DNA of 58,681 nt, filler included, from Sphacelaria rigidula (Eukaryota): assembly GCA_964200075.2 (NCBI GenBank). It is 6 parts of 6 records of this genome, joined end to end, with 100 filler letters (N's around TTAATTAATTAA, not from the genome) between each part and the next. Parts side by side here need not be neighbours in the genome. Positions count along the whole stretch, not along the records: positions 39,190 to 48,885 come from CAXNAA020007947.1; positions 48,986 to 58,681 come from CAXNAA020007948.1; 4 more parts are not named here. The stretch is one strand, 5' to 3'. Below the pieces are notes generated by a model. The model searched no databases. It saw nothing but the letters and a program-made list of their open reading frames with translations, and had not been told where the DNA came from. Made by a program: the position numbers and the translations under genes. Each line of letters starts with the position of its first letter. Position 1 is the stretch's first letter. Below, in pieces: positions 46,575 to 58,579 of the stretch.

Positions 46575-48814
46575 GAGAGGAGGGGGGGCAATCGTATCGC
46601 GTAGGAATTGGAATGCTCTGTCGCCTCTTTGGGATGGGCTAGCACGTATATCTACATGTAGCACCTGATTCGGCATAATGCTTGGAGTGCCGTTCTGCGA
46701 AGTGTACCCTATAGAAAATGTTGCATGTTGTGTACTATCTGTTGTGTTGTATTGTGTTGTGTACAACTGTTTCTCCCCTGTCCATGTCGTTCGTCCCAAC
46801 CTTGAATTTTGTTGATGGAGTCGCTTCTCTGTTTTTGCGTTGTGGTACATTGGAGCTGTATAGAGGGCAGTGCTCAGGCATATTTGAAACCTCAGGATAG
46901 AGTGCGGCGTGTTATGTTTTGTTGCCGATTATGAGTATGCACGGAACACGTGAACTCCAAAGCGGAGGAGCGGGGCGTGTAAAGCCAGCTAGCGGCCTCG
47001 GTGCGTAGTGCCGGACATGTTGACGGTCTGTCCACGGTAGGACCGGGTGTGTTTCGACCGAGATGGTGCCACAGAGAGTGACGTTGAGACGTTGCTACAG
47101 GCAGCATAGAGATCGATGTCCAGCGACATGTGTGTAGCTTGAGGGCGCTTTGCCCGGAAAAAATCCACGTCGAGAGGAATATCTTCGTGCATCGCAGTTG
47201 TTCCCGGCAACAATTTACACGCCCCCGCCGTGGTCCATGTTAGTTCCGGACACGTAGCAACCTTGTATGAGGGAGAAGATTATCGTCGCCAGTGGTTCTT
47301 GCCATGCAGGAACGTTGTCTCTGAAAATCGTTGAGCGTGCTCTGAGTTTCGTGTGGAAGCTGTTGTAGTAAGTTTTCAAATGCGTATGATTGATAGCCCT
47401 GTTATTCCCCTTGGCGCGAATTCGTCCATTTTGTTCTTGTGTTGTTGCGCTTTCGTGTGTGTCGGCGTTCAACGAGAATGTGGACTAAATTGCGAAAAAC
47501 GTGCCTTTGCGTTGTCGTTCCTCCTGTGGTAATTTAGAACAGGGGTACAGCACGCAGGAGATGCGTACGAGTTTCAAGCGATTGATCCATGATGCCCTGC
47601 ACAACATGGCAGACGAATCATTTCAACAATTATATGTAATAGTGATTCATTCAGAGGGGGCTTCAGTGTTTTCGACTCTCGAGTAAGTACCGAACGCACG
47701 ACACGGGTGCGATTGCAATGTGCGCTTTTCCAAGGAAAATCTCACCCATCAACAACCGTGCATGGAGCGGTCACAGTCGTGATTCATTTTGACTGTATGT
47801 TAGTACCATGTTGCGTCAAAATCTTCATGGTATGCTTTACGTATCACGTTGACAGAGACCCAGACGCGCGGGAAAATTACCCATTTATTTTAATGGCCTT
47901 GCTCAAGAGCGGATGAAAGATGCTCGGGAGGTTGTATTTTGTTGCAGGAACATGATGACACTGCTCGTACTTGATGCACGAGCCACGGATATAGGTGTCG
48001 ATTAATGTTACCTCGGAGATATATCTTCACATATATATATATATATATATGGCATACTCGTGTGATTACTCCCCATGTTTACTTGAAATACATGTTGCAG
48101 CGGGAATGGATGCGGCGGTAATATACATGGCACTTTCACCGGTCCATACCCCGATGGGGTGGAGGGATCACATCCCACGTACATCAAGGAGGAAAACGCA
48201 CTACTCAGCTCGAAGACACACACATGCTGCGCAGCCAAATTCAGCTGAAACAGGGGATTTCTGTGATATTTTCGAACTCGGCGATTTTCGATAGTGTTCC
48301 TGCGTGACACCGCTCATCCCAGGGAACGTTTGATCGCAATATTTAGGTATTGGAATATACGAGGCATCCGCTGCCCATTCCGAAACAAAATCATATCCGC
48401 ACTCAATATTGAAGAGATGACACGCTGACCGGTTTTTGGGAGGTCCTGCCATCACCCAACCCATCCTTCTGATCCTTGGGGATTTTTGCTGGATTGCAGC
48501 AATCCTGATCGTTCTCGTGAACAGATGAATAGAAGTGTTTGTGTAGAACTCTATATTGTTACCTATTCACTGCGCTAGACCCGAAAAAATGTGTTTTTTG
48601 GACCACTGGCGGTCGCTGACACCTCTTGATAAACGGGATACTTACTCTGAATCAGCCTGACGACATCAGTTGAGGGTTATGTTCTGAGCACGACTTGCTT
48701 CACACTTACAGCGATGGTGCCCAAGGACTTTTTTGTAGGCCTGGTGCCCCTTGATCGCGTAGATACGTTTTCAGCGCATTGTACCGTCATTTCCCCTGAT
48801 TTAAGGGTGGCAGG

Positions 48815-48885
48815 GGAGGGGGGGGGGCGTACTCATTTGTTGCTTGCCTTAGTCGTTTGACCGTTGACCCCGCACCCCTTTCGCG
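48815..48885 (-). mobile_element. ATGAGTAC/C-tract retroposon 3' end (variant B) at the contig end
   Basis: A G run followed by CGTACTCATTTGTTGCTTGCCTTAGTCGTTTGACC, the reverse complement of the 39190 copy. Confidence 0.7.
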
Positions 48886-48985
48886 NNNNNNNNNNNNNNN
48901 NNNNNNNNNNNNNNNNNNNNNNNNNNNNNTTAATTAATTAANNNNNNNNNNNNNNNNNNNNNNNNNNNNNNNNNNNNNNNNNNNN
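48886..48985. other. Artificial contig linker
   Basis: N44-TTAATTAATTAA-N44. Confidence 0.98.
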
Positions 48986-49027
48986 CGAATTCACAGCGCA
49001 GATATCAGAACGATTTTTAATGTGAAG

Positions 49028-49090
<63 letters not shown>

Positions 49091-49132
49091 ACAACAACAA
49101 CAACAATGACAACGACAACGACAACAACGACA
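48986..49132 (+). repeat. Retroposon-like 3' end with a long (CAA)n tail
   Basis: CAGATATCAGAACGATTTTTAATGTGAAGA followed by ~100 bp of CAA/CGA/TGA triplets; homologous to 15628-15705. Confidence 0.7.
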
Positions 49133-51338
49133 AACTACTCGATAGGGGGCGGTGATATAGACACCACCTTCAATGTGACCACGAGGACAAGAGTACTGAG
49201 TAACCTTTCGACGGGAGTACGACCTGTAGCAGCGAATGCTGGAGATTTTCGTCGTCGGGGGCATGTCGAAATTGTTCTTGGTACTATGGTGATGAGAGAG
49301 GTAAACGACACGCCGAACGACACGGGTCACCCTTCTGCAAAAATAAACTGTGTATGCGTGTCTCTGCGCCTCTGTGTATGTGGTGAGTCACGTGCCGGGA
49401 ATGCCGTCCGAGCGCAAGGCCGGTTGAAGAGTTGATGCCAAGTTGAAAATGTGGAGAGCAAACGCTCATGCCTAGCAGCGGCGTTCAGCCATCAGTTACG
49501 GAGTGATAACCCTCCAAAATGCCGACAGCATGTCTATTTTGAGTTTTACTTGCGAGAGAGATGTGTTACATCCCTACTTCGAAAGGCACCCGTGCGCCCG
49601 TATTTTCTTCTGTACGCTCGATGGATATGCCTCATGTGATATACTTATATATCCTGAATACTCTAGAGGGCATATGTTCGGGGCTAAAGACAGGCGCTGC
49701 TGTCAGAGCCATTGTGCACACTCGAAACACCGTGGTGAGTTATTTCCAAGCAACCAGGCTCATAATTCGCTCACTATCCCTTCATAAAATTCGTGCCGTT
49801 GGGAACGACCACACCCATACCACACAAATATGATGCCGAAGAGCATTATCACGTTCATGAGCAGCTCTGAAATCTTCAAAACTCCCTGGTCCAAGCAGGT
49901 ACTCGACTCCTCGTCGAACCGCGTAGACTCAGGAGCAATTAAAACGGTCACCGCAGGAACCAGGAACACGGATCCTGGAAACAGTATTTGATACCTGTGC
50001 CCGATTTCGTTCAAGCATTCCACGATCGGAAGGCAGCCCGTGAGCAATGTGAACACTAAATTGCGGGCCATCCCATTCTACTGGGGGAAATGCTATCATT
50101 TCCTCAGTCGGCACGATTCTCCGTCCCCACCTGAGGATATGGCCATTTCGAGGCACGATCGACACGGTCATCATTGAAATCCACAAAAATCGTTGAGGTA
50201 CTCAATTTAAAGTCGGGGACACGAGGGCAACATCATGACATATTTTGAGTAACTCATAGGTACAGCTCAGAGTATGGATGCGCCGTTCGAGCTGTGCAGA
50301 GCACACTCAACACACGAAGAAGAGCATCCTGCGAGGGCGTCGAGAGGTAACAGCCGGACACACCGAGCGACCATAACACGCACACCGATTCCGGGTGGTT
50401 TGAGAGCAAGTACCATGAAAGCGTAGATGGACGAATGACCTCGGGAATCAAACATGAGCTGACATCAGCAGGTTTGGTATCATGAATATGTCTGCGTGTT
50501 TTGATCACGCGGCGAACAAAGGAAAGGAAACATCTGAATCGACCTAAGAGCGACAACACAACCGGTGGAGTGAATACCTGTGTCCGCTCTCGAACATACA
50601 CGGCAATAAGGAGATACTGCAGCCAGAGAGTGCTTTGCAGTTAGTTCCGGCCAAGTGGGATTAGGTAAGTAGGGTGCGGGAACGCATCACCCGACAGCAT
50701 ATGTCTCACTCTGATTTTTGACTAGGAGTACTCTTCACGAGTCTAAAGTCATAAGAGACCAAAACTATCGCCACAAGGATAATTAGTCATAGATAGTGGC
50801 GAACAGCATGCAAGGATGAAGTATGTCACAAACGTGGCACCGGCTGGTCCGGGGTATTCGTCAACGGCACACTAGTTCCTTCGCTTCCCACGACGGCTGC
50901 TCGCCCTACTCTTGCTTATCGGGAAATGAAGACGCTACCAAACACGAACACCCCGGCAGAGCCGTTGCTCACTCTGCGCGCCACATGGTCCTGTCATGTT
51001 TGATGAGGATTCTCCACGAGCGGTACACACGAACGAAGACAGCAATCGGCATGAGGGTCGGTATCTGCCACCCAAAAAGTTTCTGCACAAACGACGAAGA
51101 AGATGGCAGCGGAAGAAGGGTGTAGCGGCCGCGGCAGGGAGCGATAGTGGCAGCGAAACCCACTTAGGCACATGGACACCTACCGAATAGTACGAGGAGC
51201 GAGTGGAGGGCACAGCCGGAGCTAAACGTTTGTACTCGCACGAAAAATGACTAGTGGTAATGATAACTGTAGTCGAATAGGTCGTGACGAGACAGAGCCA
51301 ATGTACTCTCCTTCAAAACCTCAAGCTACTGTTCTATA

Positions 51339-53039
51339 CTAGTTGGAAAGGCATTCCTCGATGAGGAACACTTTGCCTTTAAAATTGAACTCGGAGAATT
51401 GTGACCCCGACAAGTAAGCGGCGACACACAACTGAAAATAACAACACCGGCAGCCTCATTTCCCCCGTTTTTGTTAGACCAACGCACAGCAACTGTGGTG
51501 GATAGAGGAGGTGAGGCAGAGGCAGCACACACTACACGATGTTGACAGGGAGGATCGCAACACCTGCGTACTCTGCGATCGTGCGAGCAGGTTGTAGCAA
51601 GGTGTTTCGCTCATTTCATTTTTTGAGAGTATCCGACGATGCCCAACAAATGTACACCTATGTTTACGCCGGAAGTGGTTGCTCCTGTATCCGACGACCG
51701 GCCGACCTCCAGTTGCCGTCAACCCTCCTTCCCATCGAAAGTCGACAAATTGTCGAAGTGCTCATAACATTTACTATCAGAGTAGAAGGAGGTGAACGCT
51801 ACTCAGACAGGACAAGCGCGACAATAACAGACGTGCGACACAGTACGCACAAGTACAAAGATGACACCGAATTGAGACTTGCAACGCTAGCGCCGAGATA
51901 AGTATTTATTCAAAATGATCCTGTGGACAGTCTGTTTCGCCCGCGATGGACCAGTTCGAGAGAATATTGAACTAACAATAACGACGGACGGCGACGGCTG
52001 CACCAACGGTAAACAATGGCAAGGCAAGCGCGGTGTTATGCAGCAACATATACCCATAGCGTGGTGTGCCTAGTGTACACAAGATCTAAGGATACGGCTG
52101 ACCGCGGAGAGGTGAACGCACAAAACGAAAACGTTAAAAACCAGAGTCATCTATACTTTTCGAACATTGACACAAATTATCCGAATCGACTTCTCGAATT
52201 CATCATTGCGGATACATGGAAATGCCCGCCGCAGTACAACCGCATGCCGTAGGACCCCACGCACTGGTGGCCACTGGGGTGCCTGCAACCTCAAATTTGG
52301 ACGTTACAGACCTTGCGCAACGTCTGTAACGTCCAAATTGGAGGTTGCAGGCACCCCAGTGGCCACCCGTGCGGGAAGAAAACAATAAGATTTCACATCA
52401 AAAAAGAAAGAGGGACAACGTAAGAACAACGCATTACCCGACCGGCACAAAAGAGGAGAAGGAGGAAAAAGAAGAGCAGAGAAACGATGAATATTAAAGA
52501 ACTAAAAATGTAGTACCAGAGTGCACAAAATAACTGCAAGTATACCCATGCTCGTTACTCATGCAAACATAAAAAACCGCCACAAGCCTGTGCTCACCTC
52601 AAGCGCGCAGTTGGCCAGAATATCCTCCTTCTGTCGCTCCCACAGCCCACTTTGGATAAAGGAGACCACGGTCCAGAGAACGCCAGACATAGTCTGCCAC
52701 GACAGCACACGAATGTCTGGTTCCCGTTAAACAATTTTTGCCGATATTAGCCTTTCATCCCCCAATGTCCGCTCTGTGGACCCATGTGCGAAAACAAGAG
52801 ATATCGAACAACTAAGCTCAGGTTTGAAGACTGTAAAGCGTGAGACGACCTCGTGCTTAGAGGACCGCATCTGAATTTGAATATCATTTGCCGCAGCGCA
52901 AAGAAGGGGTGCATTCTTGTCGAAGCTAGGAGTTCAGAGAAGCACTAAGTTGGGTCCTTCAATGAGGAGGGACCTACCTGCTCATACCTTGCCCACTACT
53001 GACGCCAATCCAGCACATTCCGGTGTGGAATGATCATGG
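51339..53039 (-). CDS. Putative exons of an unidentified gene
   Basis: 53039-52988 (GCAG|..|GTATGA), 52693-52598 (GCAG|..|GTGAGC) and 51431-51339 (TTTTCAG|..TAG) are phase-compatible. They join as HDHSTPECAGLASVVGK-TMSGVLWTVVSFIQSGLWERQKEDILANCALE-LCVAAYLSGSQFSEFNFKGKVFLIEECLSN*. No family recognised. Confidence 0.3.
52260..52373. repeat. 114-bp near-perfect palindrome
   Basis: 57-bp arms with 3 mismatches and no spacer (centre TTGCGCAA). Confidence 0.9.
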
Positions 53040-53891
53040 CTGCAAAGTGGGATCAATCGGAATATCAGAAGAAAATATAACGGACGATCTATTTGCTTAC
53101 CAAGTATTAAACACTTTGACACCAGCGTATACCGATTGTCTGCTTTTTCCCCACGCGTTGATGACCATTTAACCAAGCATCGCGGAAAAGTGGCCACATA
53201 ATTACGTAAAATCAATCGAAAAGGTGCTAAAACACAGAAATGCGAGACTCATGGTTGAATGAGCCGAAAGTTACATGGTTAAATTTGACCGAAAATGCAG
53301 GGTGTCCACCGTTTTATGAGTGTGGAACGTTGGCGCGCATCCAACGAACAACGTGTGAAGTCAATGGTGGGGATGATCGCGATGCGTAGAACGGGGTGGC
53401 TATAAAAGTACTTCGCTGCTCCACCGTCGATTTTCCTGCACTTGTTTCACCAAGGGTACGGTCAGTAGCTGGCCTTCGAGTCCCCTAGTAACGTTCATGA
53501 TCCCGTTTCGCGACCCATGCCACGCATTATCGGGTAGGATTTATGAAAATAGGTATTAAGCCGAATGAGTACAGGAAATCCGCGATGAAAAAATAGTGCC
53601 CTGGCGTCAAGCGATCATCTCTTTCCCCCCCGATTTACTCTCTGTAGCTTTTTTTTTCAGCGTTTTATAAAACGCTTTCGCAGCCTGTAGTGGAAAACAA
53701 GCTGTAAAATTCATGGCTGTACGAAATTCTTTGGCGAGTTTCAGCATTCCATGGTGCATATGAACCACATCAAGACCGGCGTCGCACCACGAAGGGCATG
53801 ACTCCGAAATAGAGCCTGGGCGACGAAATTCTTCGAGGGCAGGTCGGGTAGGGCGTGTACTTCTGAGTACTCGGCTATAATACGCCGCCGC

Positions 53892-53968
53892 GCCCCGGTG
53901 GTGTAATGGTCTGACTGTCGCCATTAGGGTGGAGAGAACGGGGGTTCGATTCCCGATTTGTTGGGGTT
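53892..53968 (+). other. tRNA-like Pol III head (probable SINE or tRNA pseudogene)
   Basis: A-box TGGTGTAATGG and B-box GGTTCGATTCC, followed by a T run. The anticodon and acceptor stems do not close properly. Confidence 0.5.
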
Positions 53969-55178
53969 TTTTTTCGTGATGTATGATTTCCACCGTGGAA
54001 AGCGTGAGAACTTGAGTACACAAAGTAGTCGACTGGGTTTGTGTGACGTCAGTTAACGCGGTGCGGGAGTGCTGACCCAATCAGCGAGACCAAAGTGGAA
54101 GGCACGTACCCGGGGAGAGATGGGTTGATCCCTCGAGACCACGGACTCATCCCGAGGACGAGGAGGGGTTCGAGGACGAGGAGGGGTTCAACGTGTGAGG
54201 GAAAAACAAAAAACGGATAGGTTGGGTACGATGTAATTCCCCTACCCATACTTTGTGTACAGTGGTTGCAATCTCAATGCTGTACCCAATCTTTGGCTTC
54301 TTTGGGTATGGTCTCAATACGCTATCTAAAAACTGGGCACGTGATCTCAGCACTACCCGAGTATAGCTCCGATATGATTTTAATACCTTATAATACCCAA
54401 ATTCGGGCACAATTTCACAATTTTATATGCGTGGAGACCATCTGTGTATGAACGTAATGACATCCATATACACATGTGAGCCGGAGAAACAGTCACAGGA
54501 ACGGAGCCCGCCAGTGACACACATGAGCGGACTCGAAACGTTCAAACCTGTGAAACTGGATTTTTAGCAAACCTAGGCAACGAGATCTACGGTATAAGAA
54601 CTCAGAATAACAAGAGTCACCGTATGAATCCTGGTTGACAGCGGGCCGGTAAGCTGTACCGACCCGTTCACTCGTTCTTCTAGCCTACCCTTGACGACGG
54701 TCGAATCCTTGCCTAAGCGTCAAAGAGAAAATCACGCCTCGCTTTGGAGATTCTTTGGCAGCAGGGCACAGCAACGTCTTACTGCCTCACCTTGAGCGAA
54801 TCCTGTTTCACAGTGGCGACGACGAAGTGATTTGAACCCACGGGTGTAATACACCTAGACACCCGCAACCAACGATAAGTGCAAGCTTGCAGAAGAGCAG
54901 TTCACAGTCAACACGCCAACCAAAAACTCCAGCAGTGCTACGCCGGCAGCGGTCACGCCGGCACCCACCAAAGCCGACGCCAAGACTGGCGAAGAAGAAA
55001 CCGCGAACGCCGATCCCGCGGAGTCGGTCATAGCGGACGCAACGGGGGAACCTAGCCCCGAGACGTGGACCACTCCGCGACAGAAAAGAAGGTCACGGTC
55101 GAGGAAAAACGGGAAGAAGCCAAAACAAGCCGTTAAGCAAGAAAAATCAAGAGACAGTACGAGCTAGGGTGGTGGTAG

Positions 55179-55222
55179 TGTAATGCGTGAGAGGACCGCA
55201 CGCGGTCCTCTCACGCATTACA
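55179..55222. mobile_element. 44-bp TIR-only TGT..ACA element (Ginger-like) with GTAG TSD
   Basis: GTAG|TGTAATGCGTGAGAGGACCGC-AC-GCGGTCCTCTCACGCATTACA|GTAG. Confidence 0.75.
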
Positions 55223-55321
55223 GTAGCGTAGACACTACCAACGAAGGGGGGAGATTTCACCAATTGGGCACAAACAGCGACAGTGATGAAGACAGCGAGT
55301 CTGACCGGGAAGAGGACGCCC

Positions 55322-55516
55322 TGTAATGCGTGAGAGGACCGCGTGCTTAGAGGACCGCATCGGAATTTGAACATTCCTATGGTTAGGGTTAGGGCCAGTA
55401 TGGTTATTGCGTGGTACCTGCAGGGACTGGCCCGATTGGTTTCGAGAAACGTCGCTCCTGAGGTGTTTTAAACTACGGCGTGGTCCTCTAAGCACGCGGT
55501 TCTCTCACGCATTGCA
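55322..55516 (+). mobile_element. Ginger-like MITE with internal TTAGGG
   Basis: ~37-bp TIR TGTAATGCGTGAGAGGACCGCGTGCTTAGAGGACCGC; internal GGTTAGGGTTAGGG; flanks GCCC/ACCC. Confidence 0.75.
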
Positions 55517-55938
55517 ACCCGCCACTCGACAGCATCCAACATCGAGGGAGCCAAGGCAGCAGGTTTGCGGGTAGCTCTCAGAGTCCTGGAAAGTCACGCA
55601 CGGAAGGGGTCTCATCCTCCGGTGTGGGCTCTTTCGGCGTTGGGAATGACCCCACCATCAGAAGATGCGCTACATCAGGTCGCACAGGTGACGCAAAGTA
55701 ACACGAATAGTCGACTGAGTAAGGAGGTAGTGTCTCGTTCAACGTTCGATCAGCGAACTGGCAGTGCAGTAAACAGCACACCACAAGCTAATCTAAGTAG
55801 CGAGACCGTAGACACAAGTGTATCTCTTGCAGATAGGAGGAACAGCCCCTAACGGGTAATCTCCAGGAATGCTACTCACAGTAACGCGTGCCCAAATGCT
55901 GAGATCCAACTAGACAGGGACAATTCGTTCAATCCCCG

Positions 55939-56149
55939 TGTAATGCGTGAGTGGACCGCGTGCTTAGAGGACCGCATCGGAATTTGAACATTCCCATGGT
56001 TAGGGTTAGGGTCAGGGTTAGTGTTGGGGTTATGGTCAAGGGCGTGGTACCTGCAGGGACTGCCCCGATCGATTTTGAAAAGCGTCCATCCTAAGGTGTT
56101 TTGAACTGCGGCGCGGTCCTCTGAGCACGCGGTCCTCTCACGCATTACA
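55939..56149 (+). mobile_element. Ginger-like MITE with a longer internal TTAGGG tract and CCCCG TSD
   Basis: CCCCG|TGTAAT...ATTACA|CCCCG; internal GGTTAGGGTTAGGGTCAGGGTTAGTGTTGGGGTTA. Confidence 0.8.
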
Positions 56150-56324
56150 CCCCGAACAGACGCCCCCAACGACACCCCGGTACTCGCAGATTCGAGAAGA
56201 CGGGAAGTATATAACGAGCACACACCGCGATTTACCCTGAAGCAGTCAGACCTAGGCTCGAACTTGGCGTTACATGGACTAGCGGAAGAGGACATACCGG
56301 CGACCATGCGCGAGTAGAGGTCGA

Positions 56325-56930
56325 GAACGATATGGATACTCTTACAAAGTTTGGGTAGAGTCGAGTGCGATCCCAACACTCGGCCCAAAGGGGTACAATC
56401 TCAATACTTTACCAAAAGATGTAACCTTGGTAAAATACCCGAGTATAAAGTATCCCTTGGGTATAATCTCAATGCTGTACCCAAAGTTTGAGTGAGTTGG
56501 GCATGATCTCAACACTCGATACAACTATGGGGCAAGTTGAGTGTGGTAAATACTCTACCCAAATATTGGATGAGTCCAAATATTGGATGAGTCCCCTCAG
56601 CCATATCGGGGTATAGAGGATCACTTGGGCAAGATCTCACCCAAATGATGAGTACTCTTGGTACGGATGCAACACCTCACCTGATGTTTTGCATACTAGA
56701 GGTGCTAGTTTTTTCAAGTACTTGGGGACAGATTATCGCGTGGACATGATCTCAACACTGTACCCGAATTTCGGGTGGAGTTGGGTATGATTCAATAACT
56801 CTAGCCAAATATTGGGTAATATAGGTACGATCTCATTGTTTTCCCCTTTGGCTTGAGAACTAAACGTACGGCGTTCCAAACTACCAGGGTGTAGGGTATA
56901 TCCCACCCGAACTGCCCTTGGATATACTCC
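56325..56930 (+). repeat. Degenerate array of GGGTATGATCTCAA(T/C)ACT..TACCC subunits (also 54220-54410 and ~14420-14600)
   Basis: Recurrent ATCTCAATGCTGTACCCAA/ATCTCAACACT motifs; exact 17-bp tandem AAATATTGGATGAGTCC x2 at 56561-56594. Confidence 0.6.
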
Positions 56931-57148
56931 AAAAGCGAAAAGCTGCTATGTCAAAGAGATCGGTGGTATACAGAGAACGCCAGAAGATCGTATGGTATCT
57001 TTGTTGAAACTTTCTTTGTAAAACTCACCGTCCACCGTGCCAATAAAGTTTAGTCGACAAAACGCTCGCGTGAGCGGAATCATGGCGTGCCACAAAAAAG
57101 CTGACGGAATAATACGATATTCAAAGCCTAACAATAATAAAAATACCG

Positions 57149-57385
57149 TAGGGGCCCTTTTGATGAACCGTGCTATGTAATGCTTCCCACTCTGTCGATT
57201 TGTCAACGATACACACTCAGCGTTTCCGTTGTGAAATTAACACGATGAACAGCTTTGCTACACACTAGGGGGCCTCTTGTTGAACCGTATTTAGCAATGC
57301 TTCCCACTTTGTCAATTCCTCAACGATACATACACTCAGCGCTTCCCTTGTAAAATTAACACGATGGACAGCTTTGCAATACACG
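57149..57385 (+). repeat. Tandem duplication of a ~117-120-bp unit
   Basis: Units start TAGGGG at 57149 and 57266 and share AATGCTTCCCACT..CAACGATACA..CACTCAGCG..AAATTAACACGATG..ACAGCTTTGC. Confidence 0.85.
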
Positions 57386-58579
57386 TTCTGGAAAGGTGTC
57401 CTAAGATCTCGTGAAACCACACTTGGAATACCGCATCCTTCCACTGGAATTATGACATCAGGATTTTACTCACAAGTATTTCTTCGCCTACATTCTATTT
57501 ATACCAGAAACAGCTTAGCGTATTTTTTGGCGTCTAAGTGACACAGTGAGTAGCTTCACGAGGAACCACGTTTCAGCGATGTGCTACCGCCTCCCCCGTT
57601 TTTTTTCCCCGTATACTATCGGTTTCTTAAAAATTGAGTGATTTCGGTGCTTGAGCATTTCGTTGCCTCACACTCTAAGAAGTTGGTGGTATTCCGTTGT
57701 GTCAATGCTGTCACATTTTGGGATGCCGAATTTCCCCATTTGTCATGTTCAAGCATCTGCATCTCATGAAGCGCCAGGAGGTTCTACAACATGACCCCAT
57801 CAAGATATGGACCTTGTTGTAGATTTTTCGGTGGAAGCTGATTTCGCGTGCTGATTTTGACAATTAAGTTGTCAAAGAATTCGCGAAGGTGGACACTGTG
57901 TCCTAGAGAGCTCTTTGTGATTCATTCGCCTCGAGCACCACATGTATAGGCGTAGCGCAGGATATCTACCGTTACATCACTGCGGTCTTCAGCCCTTTTG
58001 ACGATGTCAGCCTTCACAGCCATCGTGTGCACCTCAATGCATGCCAACAAACATCTCGTGTGTTTCGAAATGCAGTACTAGAATAAACGTCGCGCGTGAT
58101 GGGATAGCGTTTCCCGGAGTGACCACGAACCCATAGTCTTGTGCCAGCGCAGTGTTCCACAGCCCGCCCGCTCTACGTTTCAGAAATGTCGCTGATAAAA
58201 ACGCAAACACGTGCTTTACACTCTCTACGCGCTTCCCTCCAGTGGTTGCTCAAAAACACGATCCCCTATCAAGCGTTCCAAGGATCCTCGCTTCTCAAAA
58301 CATCGCCAACGGTCGATAATAATCAACCTGAGCCTCGAAATCAGCCTTTCCAGAGCCGTCCCTCATGAAGATGACATGGATATCTTGGTGTCTCTGGTTG
58401 CGGATAGGTGTCGTTGTATGCCTTGCTGCCTATGTAGGGACCACGTGCTTCCCAGCGATTGATACGGATGACACGAGAAGTCCCAGACCTACTGTATTGA
58501 AGTATCGTCAGCGTTTTTGTTTCTTCTTGCAAGGGTCTGTCAAGATAAGGTTTTTGGACATGGAGCCCCCCCCCCCCCC

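Noticed and set aside
49440-50670. Possible decayed coding sequence
   Set aside because: There are multiple stops in all frames and no motif I could recognise.
53892-53968. Functional tRNA gene
   Set aside because: A and B boxes are present but the anticodon stem pairs poorly and extra bases disrupt the acceptor stem.
55997-56032. True telomere
   Set aside because: It is short, degenerate and enclosed within MITE TIRs in mid-contig.
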